IMG/VR virus record: IMGVR_UViG_3300042691_015660
DNA: 64,000 nt
From: a virus
Strand: one strand, 5' to 3'
Part shown: piece by piece, positions 38,093-47,362 of the stretch
How the letters are laid out: each line of letters starts with the position of its first letter
How positions within the stretch are numbered: position 1 is the stretch's first letter
Program-made: the position numbers and the translations under genes
The notes under the pieces: generated by a model
Databases searched by the model: none
Seen by the model: only the letters and a program-made list of their open reading frames with translations
What the model was told of the DNA's origin: nothing

Positions 38093-39166
38093 ATGTCCTC
38101 AAAACACTTCGGTCAATTTATAAGCGGTTTAACCAATCCTAAAGGAATCATGGGGGATTTTCGCCACGCTGCGAGATTATTTACCGATGACAATTTAAGA
38201 TTAGCTCCTAAACAAAAATTTCAATTTCATTGTGTGTTTAGTATAAACAACAATGCCTTAAAGACTATTAACTTATCTGAAAGACATAAAAATGAAATTA
38301 ACATGTTGGTTAAGTCAGCAGAATTACCTAAATTTAGTATAACAACTGACATAGCTAATCAATATAATAGAAAAAAAGTCATACAAACAAAATTAGAATA
38401 TCAGCCTGTTTCTATTAAGTTTCATGATGATAACTTAGGAGTGGTAAGAACTCTGTGGGAAAACTACTATGCTTATTATTACGCTGACAGTATAAGTGCT
38501 AAATTTCCTGGGGCTTATAATAGAACAGCGATGCTGAATTATAGCCATATTAGAACTCCATTTGGTTTTGATAATAATAGTTCCTATCCATTTTTTAATA
38601 AAATAACCATTTATCAAATGGCAAAAAAATTCTGGAATAGCTATACCTTAGTTAATCCAGTTATCACTAATTGGAATCACGATAGTTTGGATTATAGTGG
38701 AGCTGCTCCTAGTGAGCAAGGTATGACATTAGCATACGAAGCAGTATATTATGAAAACGGCCAAGTGAGACAAAACGATCCTCCAGGTTTTGGTTTAGAA
38801 CACTACGATACAGTGCCAAGTCCATTAACATTAGCAGGTGGCGGCACACGATCACTATTTGGACAAGCTGGTGTACTAGCTGGCGCTGATGCTGTGTTTG
38901 GAAACGTATCAAGGATGTTAACTAATCCTCAAGAACTAACTCTAGGAAATATTCTTAGCACTGCTGTTCTTGCTACAAATACATACAACAATGCTGGCAA
39001 ATTAAGTAACAGGGGCGTATCAGCAGAAATTACTGGTATCGCTACTGGAGCATTAGGTCGAGTTGCCAATCAAGGAATTAGCGGAGTTAAGGGTACATCC
39101 TTTCCTATATCAGATCCAGGGGGAGGGTCTACTCCTGCTGCGTCACGTAACTTAACAGGAAGATAA
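38093..39166 (+). CDS. Tube-like baseplate/tail-tube initiator (gp48/gp54-like)
   Basis: Tube-fold pattern (LVKSAELPKF...YQPVSIKFHDD...YTLVNPVIT....LDY....MTLAYE), located after gp19. Confidence 0.55.
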   Translation: MSSKHFGQFISGLTNPKGIMGDFRHAARLFTDDNLRLAPKQKFQFHCVFSINNNALKTINLSERHKNEINMLVKSAELPKFSITTDIANQYNRKKVIQTKLEYQPVSIKFHDDNLGVVRTLWENYYAYYYADSISAKFPGAYNRTAMLNYSHIRTPFGFDNNSSYPFFNKITIYQMAKKFWNSYTLVNPVITNWNHDSLDYSGAAPSEQGMTLAYEAVYYENGQVRQNDPPGFGLEHYDTVPSPLTLAGGGTRSLFGQAGVLAGADAVFGNVSRMLTNPQELTLGNILSTAVLATNTYNNAGKLSNRGVSAEITGIATGALGRVANQGISGVKGTSFPISDPGGGSTPAASRNLTGR

Positions 39167-39167
39167 T

Positions 39168-39542
39168 ATGAACGTCAACGGAAATCTGCCTCCTTCTGAA
39201 TCATCAGATAGCGCAGAAGAAGTAAGAAATTTTTTCGATAAATTTTTTACGCACGAAATGACATTCCCAGCAGCACAGATAGATGCTGTTGTTGGATTCT
39301 TTTTAAAAAGAGGCTTTCAAGATCAATCAGCAAAAAGTACGGCTATTATAATTTTAACTCAATGTAGAATAGATAATATAAATCCTTTTGTAGTCGTTGA
39401 TACTCTAAAAAAACTTGACGAAACACAATTAGGGGAAGTTGTTACTCAGATAATGAATTTATACAGAGAAAAAACTTCAGCATTAGGCTATAAAACACAA
39501 ATTATAGAAGAAACTTTCGAAAGCCGCAATATAGCACAATGA
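39168..39542 (+). CDS. Hypothetical protein
   Basis: 124-aa ORF coupled to the downstream gene. Confidence 0.6.
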   Translation: MNVNGNLPPSESSDSAEEVRNFFDKFFTHEMTFPAAQIDAVVGFFLKRGFQDQSAKSTAIIILTQCRIDNINPFVVVDTLKKLDETQLGEVVTQIMNLYREKTSALGYKTQIIEETFESRNIAQ

Positions 39543-39976
39543 GTAAGTTTGCTAACGGAAAATTTACATTAACTAATCCGGACAAGTATGTAGGAAATCG
39601 ACAACCTACTTATCGCAGTAGTTGGGAATTTCACTTTATGAGATTCTGTGACAAAGACCCAAGAATTCTTAAGTGGGCTAGCGAAGCTGTTAAAATTCCT
39701 TATAAAGATCCGTTTACTGGCCGTAATACTGTATATGTTCCTGACTTTTTTATTCAATATGCAGATAAGAACGGAACAATGCAAGTAGATTTAATTGAAG
39801 TAAAACCGCAAAGTCAAACACTAATTGAGAGGGCAGGAAAAAATCGAAACAACCAATTACAATGGGCTAAAAATCAGGTCAAATGGAGAGCTGCCCAAAG
39901 TTGGTGTAGTAGACAAGGTATAAAATTTAGAGTACTAACTGAAAATGATTTATTTGTAAATGGTCGTCTAGGATAA
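39539..39976 (+). CDS. gp4: Head completion nuclease (T4 gp4-like, TnsA-N fold)
   Basis: NPDKYVG...YRSSWE..FM.FCD..P.ILKWASE...IPY...YVPDF...IEVKP...N..KW.AA..WC...G.KFRVLTE. Confidence 0.85.
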   Translation: MSKFANGKFTLTNPDKYVGNRQPTYRSSWEFHFMRFCDKDPRILKWASEAVKIPYKDPFTGRNTVYVPDFFIQYADKNGTMQVDLIEVKPQSQTLIERAGKNRNNQLQWAKNQVKWRAAQSWCSRQGIKFRVLTENDLFVNGRLG

Positions 39977-39984
39977 GTAAGAGT

Positions 39985-40458
39985 ATGAAAAAGTTAGAAG
40001 AAATACTAAACTTACCTGAAAGTAAAAAGATTATTAAAAAAGAAGAGAAAGAAAAAGCAGCAGAAGCGGCTCAGCCTTTACTTAGAGATATTGGTGAATT
40101 TGATAAAATAGCTGCTGCCCTGCCTCAGGTTAAAGGGCTAGGTGATATTAGCGATAAAGAATTCGATGAGTTAGCCCAACGTGCTACAGATGCGTTCGAT
40201 GACTTAATGGATTTAGGTATGAACGTAGAAGCAAGGTATTCAGGACGAGTATTTGAAGTGGCTAGCACTATGCTGAAAAATGCTATTGATGCAAAAGCAG
40301 CTAAAATAGACAAAAAATTAAAGATGGTCGAACTTCAGCTTAAAAAGCAGAAGATTGATCAAGACTCCAAAGTTGACAATGATACAGATATTACAGGTAC
40401 AGGAGTTATTATATCCGATCGTAATAGTCTAATTGAAAAACTTAAGAGTATGAAATAA
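39985..40458 (+). CDS. gp16: Probable terminase small subunit
   Basis: Helical 157-aa protein with RVFEVAS.ML..AIDA and C-terminal II.DRN.L motif as in gp16, near gp17. Confidence 0.55.
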   Translation: MKKLEEILNLPESKKIIKKEEKEKAAEAAQPLLRDIGEFDKIAAALPQVKGLGDISDKEFDELAQRATDAFDDLMDLGMNVEARYSGRVFEVASTMLKNAIDAKAAKIDKKLKMVELQLKKQKIDQDSKVDNDTDITGTGVIISDRNSLIEKLKSMK

Positions 40459-40479
40459 ATATAGTATCGGGATTTACAC

Positions 40480-41106
40480 ATGAAATCATATAAAGAATAT
40501 CTAATAGAAAGTACAGAAGAGAAAAAATACTCTTTTAAAATTAAAATTGCGGGCAATTTACCCGAGCACTTTGAGGACGCTGCTAAAGCAGCTCTCCAAA
40601 AATATCAAGTATCCTCTTTCAATAAAGGAAAGACTACTCCAATTCAAGCTAAATTGGTAGATTTTCCTACTCTAGAAAATATGGAAGTTACTGTATTTGA
40701 AATTGATTTAGATTATCCAACTACTAGTCAAGTTCTTACATCGTATGTTTCAGAACATACTGGAGTAGATCCTTGCTGTATTCGTGTTAGAAGTCTAAAA
40801 GAAGAGGAAGAAGCTGAATTAAACGCACAAAATTTAATTGATACTAACAAAGAATCATTATTAACTAAAGATTATGCTAAAGAAAATAATCAAAACTTAG
40901 TAGGCGATAAACATGTAGCAAGTTTTCTAAAAGAATTATCAAAAACAAGTAAAGAATATCAGCCTACACAATATAAAGGTGTTAACGAAAAGATCTTGGC
41001 TAAGTCATCACCAAAAGAAAAAACATCAACAACTGATAAAGTTGGCCCTGCTAAAAGTGTCTTAAAAGGACTATCAGGTAACCCTAATCCAAGAAAAGGA
41101 AAATAA
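40480..41106 (+). CDS. Hypothetical protein, probable internal head protein
   Basis: N-terminus MKSYKEYLIE resembles the T4 capsid-targeting sequence MKTYQEFIAE. AATAAATA at 40454. Confidence 0.5.
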   Translation: MKSYKEYLIESTEEKKYSFKIKIAGNLPEHFEDAAKAALQKYQVSSFNKGKTTPIQAKLVDFPTLENMEVTVFEIDLDYPTTSQVLTSYVSEHTGVDPCCIRVRSLKEEEEAELNAQNLIDTNKESLLTKDYAKENNQNLVGDKHVASFLKELSKTSKEYQPTQYKGVNEKILAKSSPKEKTSTTDKVGPAKSVLKGLSGNPNPRKGK

Positions 41107-41107
41107 A

Positions 41108-41743
41108 ATGGACTTTAAAGAATTAATGGCTCGCATGGCCGAATTAGATCAACCAGTACAAGAATCAGACAAAGCTGCTAAAGACTATGATGGCGATGGA
41201 GAAGTCGAATCAGGAAAAGACGAGTACATGGGTTCCAAAGATAAGGCTATTAAACAAGCCATGGGTAAAAAAGACGAAAGTCTGGATCAGTTAGTAGACG
41301 AAGTCCAACAAGAGATGGATGAGTGCGGTATGAGTCCTATGAGCATGCCTAGTATGAACAAACAACAAGATAATGTCAGTATGAATATTAGCATGAATGG
41401 TTCAGGCAGCGGCGGCATTAGAGATTTAATGGATATTCTTCGTAATCTTGAAAAAGACGGGTTTGATGATAGCCATAACGACCATAACGACCATGATGAC
41501 GGATTAGATTTGAAGATCGGTAGTCCGGCCTTGATGATGAAAAAAGAACCAGTGTTAGGTGATGAATACGCTAATAGTCCAGATGTACAGATGGGACAAG
41601 GCAACTTTCCACAAGATACAGGCAACGACTTACATCATCCTAAAGGATCTTATCCTGCTGTTGCTGGCGGCGATAATCCTATGGCTCTAGAAAATATTGT
41701 TTCTCGATTAGATAGACTATATAAAGAAGTAAGAGAGAAGTAA
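41108..41743 (+). CDS. Acidic, Met-rich hypothetical protein (possible core/internal protein)
   Basis: DYDGDGEVESGKDE (EF-hand-like DxDGDG), HND repeats, low complexity. Confidence 0.5.
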   Translation: MDFKELMARMAELDQPVQESDKAAKDYDGDGEVESGKDEYMGSKDKAIKQAMGKKDESLDQLVDEVQQEMDECGMSPMSMPSMNKQQDNVSMNISMNGSGSGGIRDLMDILRNLEKDGFDDSHNDHNDHDDGLDLKIGSPALMMKKEPVLGDEYANSPDVQMGQGNFPQDTGNDLHHPKGSYPAVAGGDNPMALENIVSRLDRLYKEVREK

Positions 41744-41761
41744 TAGTGTAAACAGGCACTC

Positions 41762-41787
41762 AAACCGGGCGGTATGCCCGGTTTTTT
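41762..41787 (+). terminator. Rho-independent terminator
   Basis: AAACCGGGC-GGTAT-GCCCGGTTTTTT. Confidence 0.85.
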
Positions 41788-41802
41788 ATTGTAAATAATA
41801 TT

Positions 41803-43401
41803 ATGGCAAGCAAAAGTTTAGATGGTGTTTTAACTAAGAAAGCACATACAAAAGAAACATTTACTGAGTTACAAATTCAAGATTTGTTAGCATGTGCTAA
41901 CGACAAAGACGGATACCACTATTTTACAAGAAATTTCTTTTACATACAGCACCCAGTAAAAGGAAAAATGTTGTTTGTTCCTTTCGCCTATCAAGAAAAG
42001 CTTTTAGACGCATATCACGGACACAGATTTAACATAAACATGCTACCTAGACAAATGGGTAAAACTACCTGCGCTGCCGGATATTTGTTATGGTATGCTA
42101 TGTTTCACCCTGATCAGACTATATTAATTTCAGCTCACAAGTATACAGGATCGCAGGAAATTATGCAGCGTGTGCGATACGCTTACGAACTATGCCCAGA
42201 TCATGTTCGCTGTGGTGTTATTAACTATAATAAAGGTAGTATTGAATTCGATAATGGTAGTCGTATTATATCTACTACAACTACTGGCAATACAGGTCGT
42301 GGTATGTCTATATCATTATTATACTGCGACGAGTTTGCGTTTGTGCCTCCTAATATCGCTGACGAATTCTGGACTTCAATTTCTCCAACACTGGCAACTG
42401 GTGGTAAAGCAATCATTACCAGTACTCCTAACAGCGACGAAGATACATTTGCTACAATATGGAAAGAAGCAAACAAAAAATTTGATGAATTTGGAAACGA
42501 GCAAGACGTAGGTACTAATGGATTTTTTCCTTTTACTTGTAAATGGGACGAGCATCCTGACAGAGATGATGCATGGGCTGTACAAGAACGAAGCAGAATT
42601 GGTGAGGAAAGATTCCGTAGAGAATATAATTGCGAATTCTTAATTTACGATGAAACACTAGTTAGCAGTATATGTCTGGCAGGGTTAGAGGGCAAAAGTC
42701 CTATAATGAATATGGGACAAACTAGGTGGTATAAAAAACCTGACGGTGACCATATCTATGCCATTGCATTAGATCCAAGTTTAGGTACAGGAGGTAATAG
42801 TGCTGGTATTCAAGTTTTTGAATTACCTAATTTTGTTCAGATAGCAGAATGGCAGCATAATTTAACACCTATACAAGGACAAGTGCGTGTTCTTAAAGAA
42901 ATCTTAAAATATATTCAAGATGAAATAGGTGACGAAAATAGTAGGAATATTTATTGGAGCGTAGAAAACAATACTGTTGGCGAAGCGGCTCTTGTTTGTA
43001 TTAGAGACATAGGGGAAGAAAATTTTCCAGGACTATTTGTAAGCGAACCAATACGCAAAGGCCATGTGCGTAAGTTTCGTAAAGGCTTCAATACTACTCA
43101 CAATAGTAAAATTTCTGCCAGTGCTAGGTTAAAATATCTAATAGAATCGGGTAAAATGACCATTAATAGTAAGCCCTTAATCTCCGAATTAAAAGCATTT
43201 ATAGCTAAAGGGATCACATTTAAAGCAAAAGAAGGTGAGCAGGACGATCTAGTAAGTGCTTGCTTGCTTGTTGTAAGGATGAGTCAAGTGCTAGCAGATT
43301 GGGATTCTAGAGTTTTCGACAATTTTAGCAGTAATGAAAGCTTATCTGATGAAGATTTTGAGCTACCAATGCCTATTTTCATTTCCTCTAGCATAGGATA
43401 A
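41803..43401 (+). CDS. gp17: Terminase large subunit
   Basis: Q-motif FAYQEKLL, Walker A LPRQMGKTT, Walker B LLYCDEFAF, ITSTPN coupling motif, nuclease ALDPSLG...DDLVSA. Confidence 0.95.
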   Translation: MASKSLDGVLTKKAHTKETFTELQIQDLLACANDKDGYHYFTRNFFYIQHPVKGKMLFVPFAYQEKLLDAYHGHRFNINMLPRQMGKTTCAAGYLLWYAMFHPDQTILISAHKYTGSQEIMQRVRYAYELCPDHVRCGVINYNKGSIEFDNGSRIISTTTTGNTGRGMSISLLYCDEFAFVPPNIADEFWTSISPTLATGGKAIITSTPNSDEDTFATIWKEANKKFDEFGNEQDVGTNGFFPFTCKWDEHPDRDDAWAVQERSRIGEERFRREYNCEFLIYDETLVSSICLAGLEGKSPIMNMGQTRWYKKPDGDHIYAIALDPSLGTGGNSAGIQVFELPNFVQIAEWQHNLTPIQGQVRVLKEILKYIQDEIGDENSRNIYWSVENNTVGEAALVCIRDIGEENFPGLFVSEPIRKGHVRKFRKGFNTTHNSKISASARLKYLIESGKMTINSKPLISELKAFIAKGITFKAKEGEQDDLVSACLLVVRMSQVLADWDSRVFDNFSSNESLSDEDFELPMPIFISSSIG

Positions 43402-43409
43402 ATATTACT

Positions 43410-45464
43410 ATGGATATGAATCTAAGCTTAATCGCCAACGAATTGTTCGCTAAAATTAGGACACAGTTTCCTAGTATAGAACTAGAGGACGAAAAGTCTG
43501 ACCCTACAGATGAACCGGCCTTAGCACGAAAATTTAAATTTGATTTTAAGAAAAAACATTTAGATTTAGGATCAATAGAAATTGATATATCAGAAGACGA
43601 CGGAATGGTCGTGTTGTTTAGTAACGATATTGTATCAGATCAGCCCGATCGTGTAAAAAAACTATGGTTTAATTTTGTACGTGAGTTAAGAGAATTTGCT
43701 AAACAGAAATTTTTGAATTATCAAATTAGAGACATTGGCTTAAATCAATTAGACAAAAGAGATGGAGAAACGCAAATGACCGAAAGTAAGTTATGGGGAA
43801 CCAGCAAAACCAGTTATCAAGATTTAGGCGAAACAAAAATTATTATTAAGCACACACAGCCTGTGAATCTTAATTTACCTGCTGGAAGAACTATGCATAT
43901 TGAAAGTATTTTCATTGAAAATGATCAAGGGGAGCGTTTCCGTTATCCATATAAACACCTTAATGGCGCCAGAGCACTTGCCCAGCATGTAGGTCATGGC
44001 GGAACTAGTTATGATGATATAGGTACACATATTATTGGACTCAGTGAAGAAATGAGCAAATTAAAAATGTTCAAATCTTACGTCGAACGAAATTCGATGG
44101 TATCAGAGGCTATGAGTGACATTAATAGTAAAGTGATGGAAAGAATACAAGAAGTTAAAAAAGAAATCCATAATTTACAAAAAAGTTCATACTACAAAGA
44201 ATTTGCCGAATCATTTACAGGCAAGTCGAACGAAGAAATCCCAGAAGAAATTATTAACGACTGGGTAGATCGATTAACCATTAAAACATTTAACGAAGAA
44301 CTAAAAAATGTATTCCCTTATATCTATAAACTCGTAGGAGAAGACAATATACCAATTAAAGTTATTAATCCTGAAGATATTGGTGGAGTAGAGATAACAG
44401 ATACTACTGAACAAATCCAAGACGAAATTGACGAATTAGTAGACTTCGAAGGATATCTCAATCGACTAGTCGGTGAAACAGTAGATATTTTTAGTAATGA
44501 TGAAGATCAGCAAGCAGAAGCGGTACAAAAATTGAATGACTTAGTAGGACAAGAATTTCCAGTAGGTCCAGACGGTAGTAATGCTGTAGAAAGTCTTAAA
44601 GACATTATTAATGATGATGAGCTGTTCGATATCTTTAAAGAATTAGCAGATGTAAGTCCTGAAAGTGATGTACGACCTATACTTAAAGATTATATTAAAA
44701 TTAAAGACGAAGAAAACGATACAGATATCTTAAGTAAAGTCAATTTTCCAGAAGGTGGGGAAACACAAGCGGAACCAGCACCAGCAGAAGAACCAGCACC
44801 AGAAGCACCAGCACCAGAAGCACCAGCACCAGAAGCACCAGCTGCTCCTCCAGCTATGCCGATGACACCAGGTGTAGCTATGCAAGAAAATATTAAGCGT
44901 GTAATCGAAAAAGCAAAGAAAGCAGGAATGACAGCCGAAGATACTTTTACTCTATTTGGCGAAGAAGTCACATTAGGTGATGCTATTCAACGTGTTGGAC
45001 TAGATTTAAATGAATTCTTCGGAGACGGTTATAAAGACAGCGGAGACGAAGTAGTTGAGTTCGTTAAGAGTATGTTTGACGAAGAAGGGAATTCGCCAAA
45101 AGGTCCAACTGGTGTATTAATTAGCGTCGAAAAGAAATTCGGCGAAGAAGCACTAGATAAAGCCAAGAGTGTAATGAATGAGCTAATGACACAGGCAGAA
45201 ATGAAACGTATTCAAGAACTAGCAGGCCAAGTTCCAGATCAATCTTCTAACAAAAATGATTATATGGATCGAACACCATTAAAAGCAAATTCTAAAGCTA
45301 ACGGTAATTATATGGATAATAAACCTGCCCAATCAGGCAGCAAAGCAGGAATAGTACCAGCAGGACAATCAGCTCAACCATCGGGACAATCAAAAATAGT
45401 TAATACTAAGGACGATTTCGAAGAAGGAATTGATGCAATGTTGAGAATTGCTGGTTTACGATAA
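43410..45464 (+). CDS. Large acidic hypothetical protein (probable head/internal protein)
   Basis: 684 aa with a PAPEA linker and RIQELAG / MLRIAGL motifs. Late promoter GATAAATA immediately upstream. Confidence 0.55.
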   Translation: MDMNLSLIANELFAKIRTQFPSIELEDEKSDPTDEPALARKFKFDFKKKHLDLGSIEIDISEDDGMVVLFSNDIVSDQPDRVKKLWFNFVRELREFAKQKFLNYQIRDIGLNQLDKRDGETQMTESKLWGTSKTSYQDLGETKIIIKHTQPVNLNLPAGRTMHIESIFIENDQGERFRYPYKHLNGARALAQHVGHGGTSYDDIGTHIIGLSEEMSKLKMFKSYVERNSMVSEAMSDINSKVMERIQEVKKEIHNLQKSSYYKEFAESFTGKSNEEIPEEIINDWVDRLTIKTFNEELKNVFPYIYKLVGEDNIPIKVINPEDIGGVEITDTTEQIQDEIDELVDFEGYLNRLVGETVDIFSNDEDQQAEAVQKLNDLVGQEFPVGPDGSNAVESLKDIINDDELFDIFKELADVSPESDVRPILKDYIKIKDEENDTDILSKVNFPEGGETQAEPAPAEEPAPEAPAPEAPAPEAPAAPPAMPMTPGVAMQENIKRVIEKAKKAGMTAEDTFTLFGEEVTLGDAIQRVGLDLNEFFGDGYKDSGDEVVEFVKSMFDEEGNSPKGPTGVLISVEKKFGEEALDKAKSVMNELMTQAEMKRIQELAGQVPDQSSNKNDYMDRTPLKANSKANGNYMDNKPAQSGSKAGIVPAGQSAQPSGQSKIVNTKDDFEEGIDAMLRIAGLR
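44793..44842 (+). repeat. 15-bp coding tandem repeat x3.3 (PAPEA)
   Basis: CCAGCACCAGAAGCA repeated perfectly. Confidence 0.9.
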
Positions 45465-45499
45465 ATGGCAAAATAAGTCAAAAAAATCTGTTATTTCTC

Positions 45500-45546
45500 T
45501 TGTAAGACTAAATAAAAACGCATACAATACAACGTATGCGTTTTTT
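45500..45546 (+). promoter_or_regulatory. Overlapping sigma70-like promoter (TTGTAA-17-TACAAT), late-like ACTAAATA and terminator-like hairpin before gp32
   Basis: Hairpin AAACGCATAC...GTATGCGTTTTTT spans the -10 element. Confidence 0.5.
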
Positions 45547-45605
45547 GTTTTAGTGGGTACTAGAACAAACTAAAGGCAAATATAGGCTAACAATAGGAGA
45601 TAACC

Positions 45606-46565
45606 ATGGCAACTTTAGCTGAAATTAGAGCAAAATTAAAAGAGCAAGAAACCCGCAGCAGCGGCGAATCAAAAGGCGGAGATAATTCAATCTATCCGTT
45701 CTGGAACTTAAAAGAAGGTTCCGAATCTACAGTACGTTTCCTTCCAGACGGCAATAAAGATAATACTTTTTTCTGGGTAGAACGTTCCATGATCAAACTT
45801 CCTTTCGCAGGAATTAAAGGTCAAACAGAAAGTAAACAAGTCACAGTCAATGTTCCATGTATGGAAATGTATGGCGAAACTTGCCCCATCCTTAGTGAAG
45901 TCCGTGGCTGGTTTAAAGATCCTAGTCTCGAAGCACAAGGTCGTAAATATTGGAAAAAACGTAGTTATATCTTCCAAGGCTTTGTTGTCGAAGATGGTCT
46001 GAAAGAAGACGGTAAGCCAGAGAATCCAATTCGTCGATTCATAATTGGCCCACAAATTTTTCAACTGATTCGTTCAGCTCTGTTAGATCCAGAGATGGAT
46101 GATTTGCCAACTGACGCTGTTAACGGTGTCGACTTTAAACTAATCAAAACTAGTAAAGGCGGTTATGCTGACTATAGCACATCTAAGTGGAGTCGTCGTA
46201 GTCGTCCATTAGATGATAAAGAAGCAGCAGCATTAGAAGCACATGGCTTATTCGCATTGAAAGATTACTTGCCAAAGAAACCCACTGATGTAGAAATTAA
46301 AGTAATCAAAGAAATGTTTGAGGCTAGTGTCGACGGTGAGCCATTTGATATGGATCGTTGGGGGCAGTATTTTAAACCAGCAGGTACAAGTCAAGTAACC
46401 GGTGATCCTAATACTGCTAAGACAGTGTCTAAAGCATCTGACGATGAAGTATATGACGACGAACCGGCTACTACACAATCTACAAGCAAACAAGAATCTT
46501 CAACATCTACATCTAGTAGTAAGGCAGAAGATATTCTTGCTATGATTCGTAACCGTCAAAAATAA
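45606..46565 (+). CDS. gp32: Single-stranded DNA-binding protein
   Basis: VRFLPD, C......CP, YWKKRSY, G.DFKL.K...GGYADYS.SKW. Acidic/Ser-rich C-terminal region. Confidence 0.88.
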   Translation: MATLAEIRAKLKEQETRSSGESKGGDNSIYPFWNLKEGSESTVRFLPDGNKDNTFFWVERSMIKLPFAGIKGQTESKQVTVNVPCMEMYGETCPILSEVRGWFKDPSLEAQGRKYWKKRSYIFQGFVVEDGLKEDGKPENPIRRFIIGPQIFQLIRSALLDPEMDDLPTDAVNGVDFKLIKTSKGGYADYSTSKWSRRSRPLDDKEAAALEAHGLFALKDYLPKKPTDVEIKVIKEMFEASVDGEPFDMDRWGQYFKPAGTSQVTGDPNTAKTVSKASDDEVYDDEPATTQSTSKQESSTSTSSSKAEDILAMIRNRQK

Positions 46566-46603
46566 TTAAGTATAAGTAGAGTGTCTCACTTTACTTTATA
46601 ATT

Positions 46604-47362
46604 ATGGATTGGAAACGAATCGAAGAGGCGCAATGGAAATTGCGCCAACATCCCTTAACAGCTAGACAAAGTATTGGTTGCCTTGAAGATTTAAAGGTCT
46701 TCATGGAAAACCATGTCTATGCTGTTTGGGATTTCATGTGTTTAACAAAACAACTTCAAAAGCATCTGGCTCCTAGTGGTAGTCCATGGATTCCGAAGTA
46801 TTCGGGCGAGTCTCGAAGATGGATAAATGAAATCGTATTAGGAGAGGAAAGCGATATTGCGTTTGACGGTAACGGTTATCTAAGTCATTTTGAATCATAC
46901 ATAGCAGCAATGGATGAAATAAAAATAGACACATCATGGATAAAAAACTGGCCTACTTTAGTTGATACTATCGGCTGGGATAACGCATTAAAGCATCCTC
47001 GTGTACCGAAACCAGCACAGTATTTTATGACACAAACAAAAAGTTTTATAGACAGTGATAAACCATGGATTGTATGTGCTGCTCTTGCGCTAGGTAGAGA
47101 AGATTTACTACCAGAGCAATTTAATTCTGTATTAATTCAATTAAATGGTGCTGAAATTCCGTCGACTATTTTTAAATGGTATCTTGCCAGACATGTGGAA
47201 ATTGATAGTAATGAACATGGACCCGCTTCTAGAAAATTATTAGATGAGTTATGTGAAAAAAACCCTATCCGAGAACAAGAAGCAACGGAAGCAGCGTTAT
47301 TAGCTATTAAGGCAAGAGAAAAATACTGGGATTTAATTATTCAATTAAATTATACTACATAA
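46604..47362 (+). CDS. DUF3050-like heme-oxygenase-like diiron (HDO) protein
   Basis: HPL...FMENHVYAVWDFM.L.K.LQ...PW.P...RRWINEIVLGEESD...SHFE.Y...GREDLLP...YL.RHVEID..EHGP. Confidence 0.75.
   Translation: MDWKRIEEAQWKLRQHPLTARQSIGCLEDLKVFMENHVYAVWDFMCLTKQLQKHLAPSGSPWIPKYSGESRRWINEIVLGEESDIAFDGNGYLSHFESYIAAMDEIKIDTSWIKNWPTLVDTIGWDNALKHPRVPKPAQYFMTQTKSFIDSDKPWIVCAALALGREDLLPEQFNSVLIQLNGAEIPSTIFKWYLARHVEIDSNEHGPASRKLLDELCEKNPIREQEATEAALLAIKAREKYWDLIIQLNYTT

Noticed and set aside
39539-39976. TnsA transposase of a Tn7-like element
   Set aside because: The fold is shared, but size, motifs and context match T4 gp4 head-completion nuclease, and no TnsB/TnsC is present.
41473-41499. 9-bp repeat CCATAACGA as a regulatory or phase-variable element
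   Set aside because: In-frame coding microrepeat (HND) in a low-complexity protein. Unit changes would not shift the frame.
46604-47362. True heme oxygenase supplying bilin to the C-x-R-D domains
   Set aside because: Motifs fit DUF3050/HDO diiron proteins (E..H, E..H ligands), not the heme-binding HO signature. Any link to bilin synthesis is unsupported.
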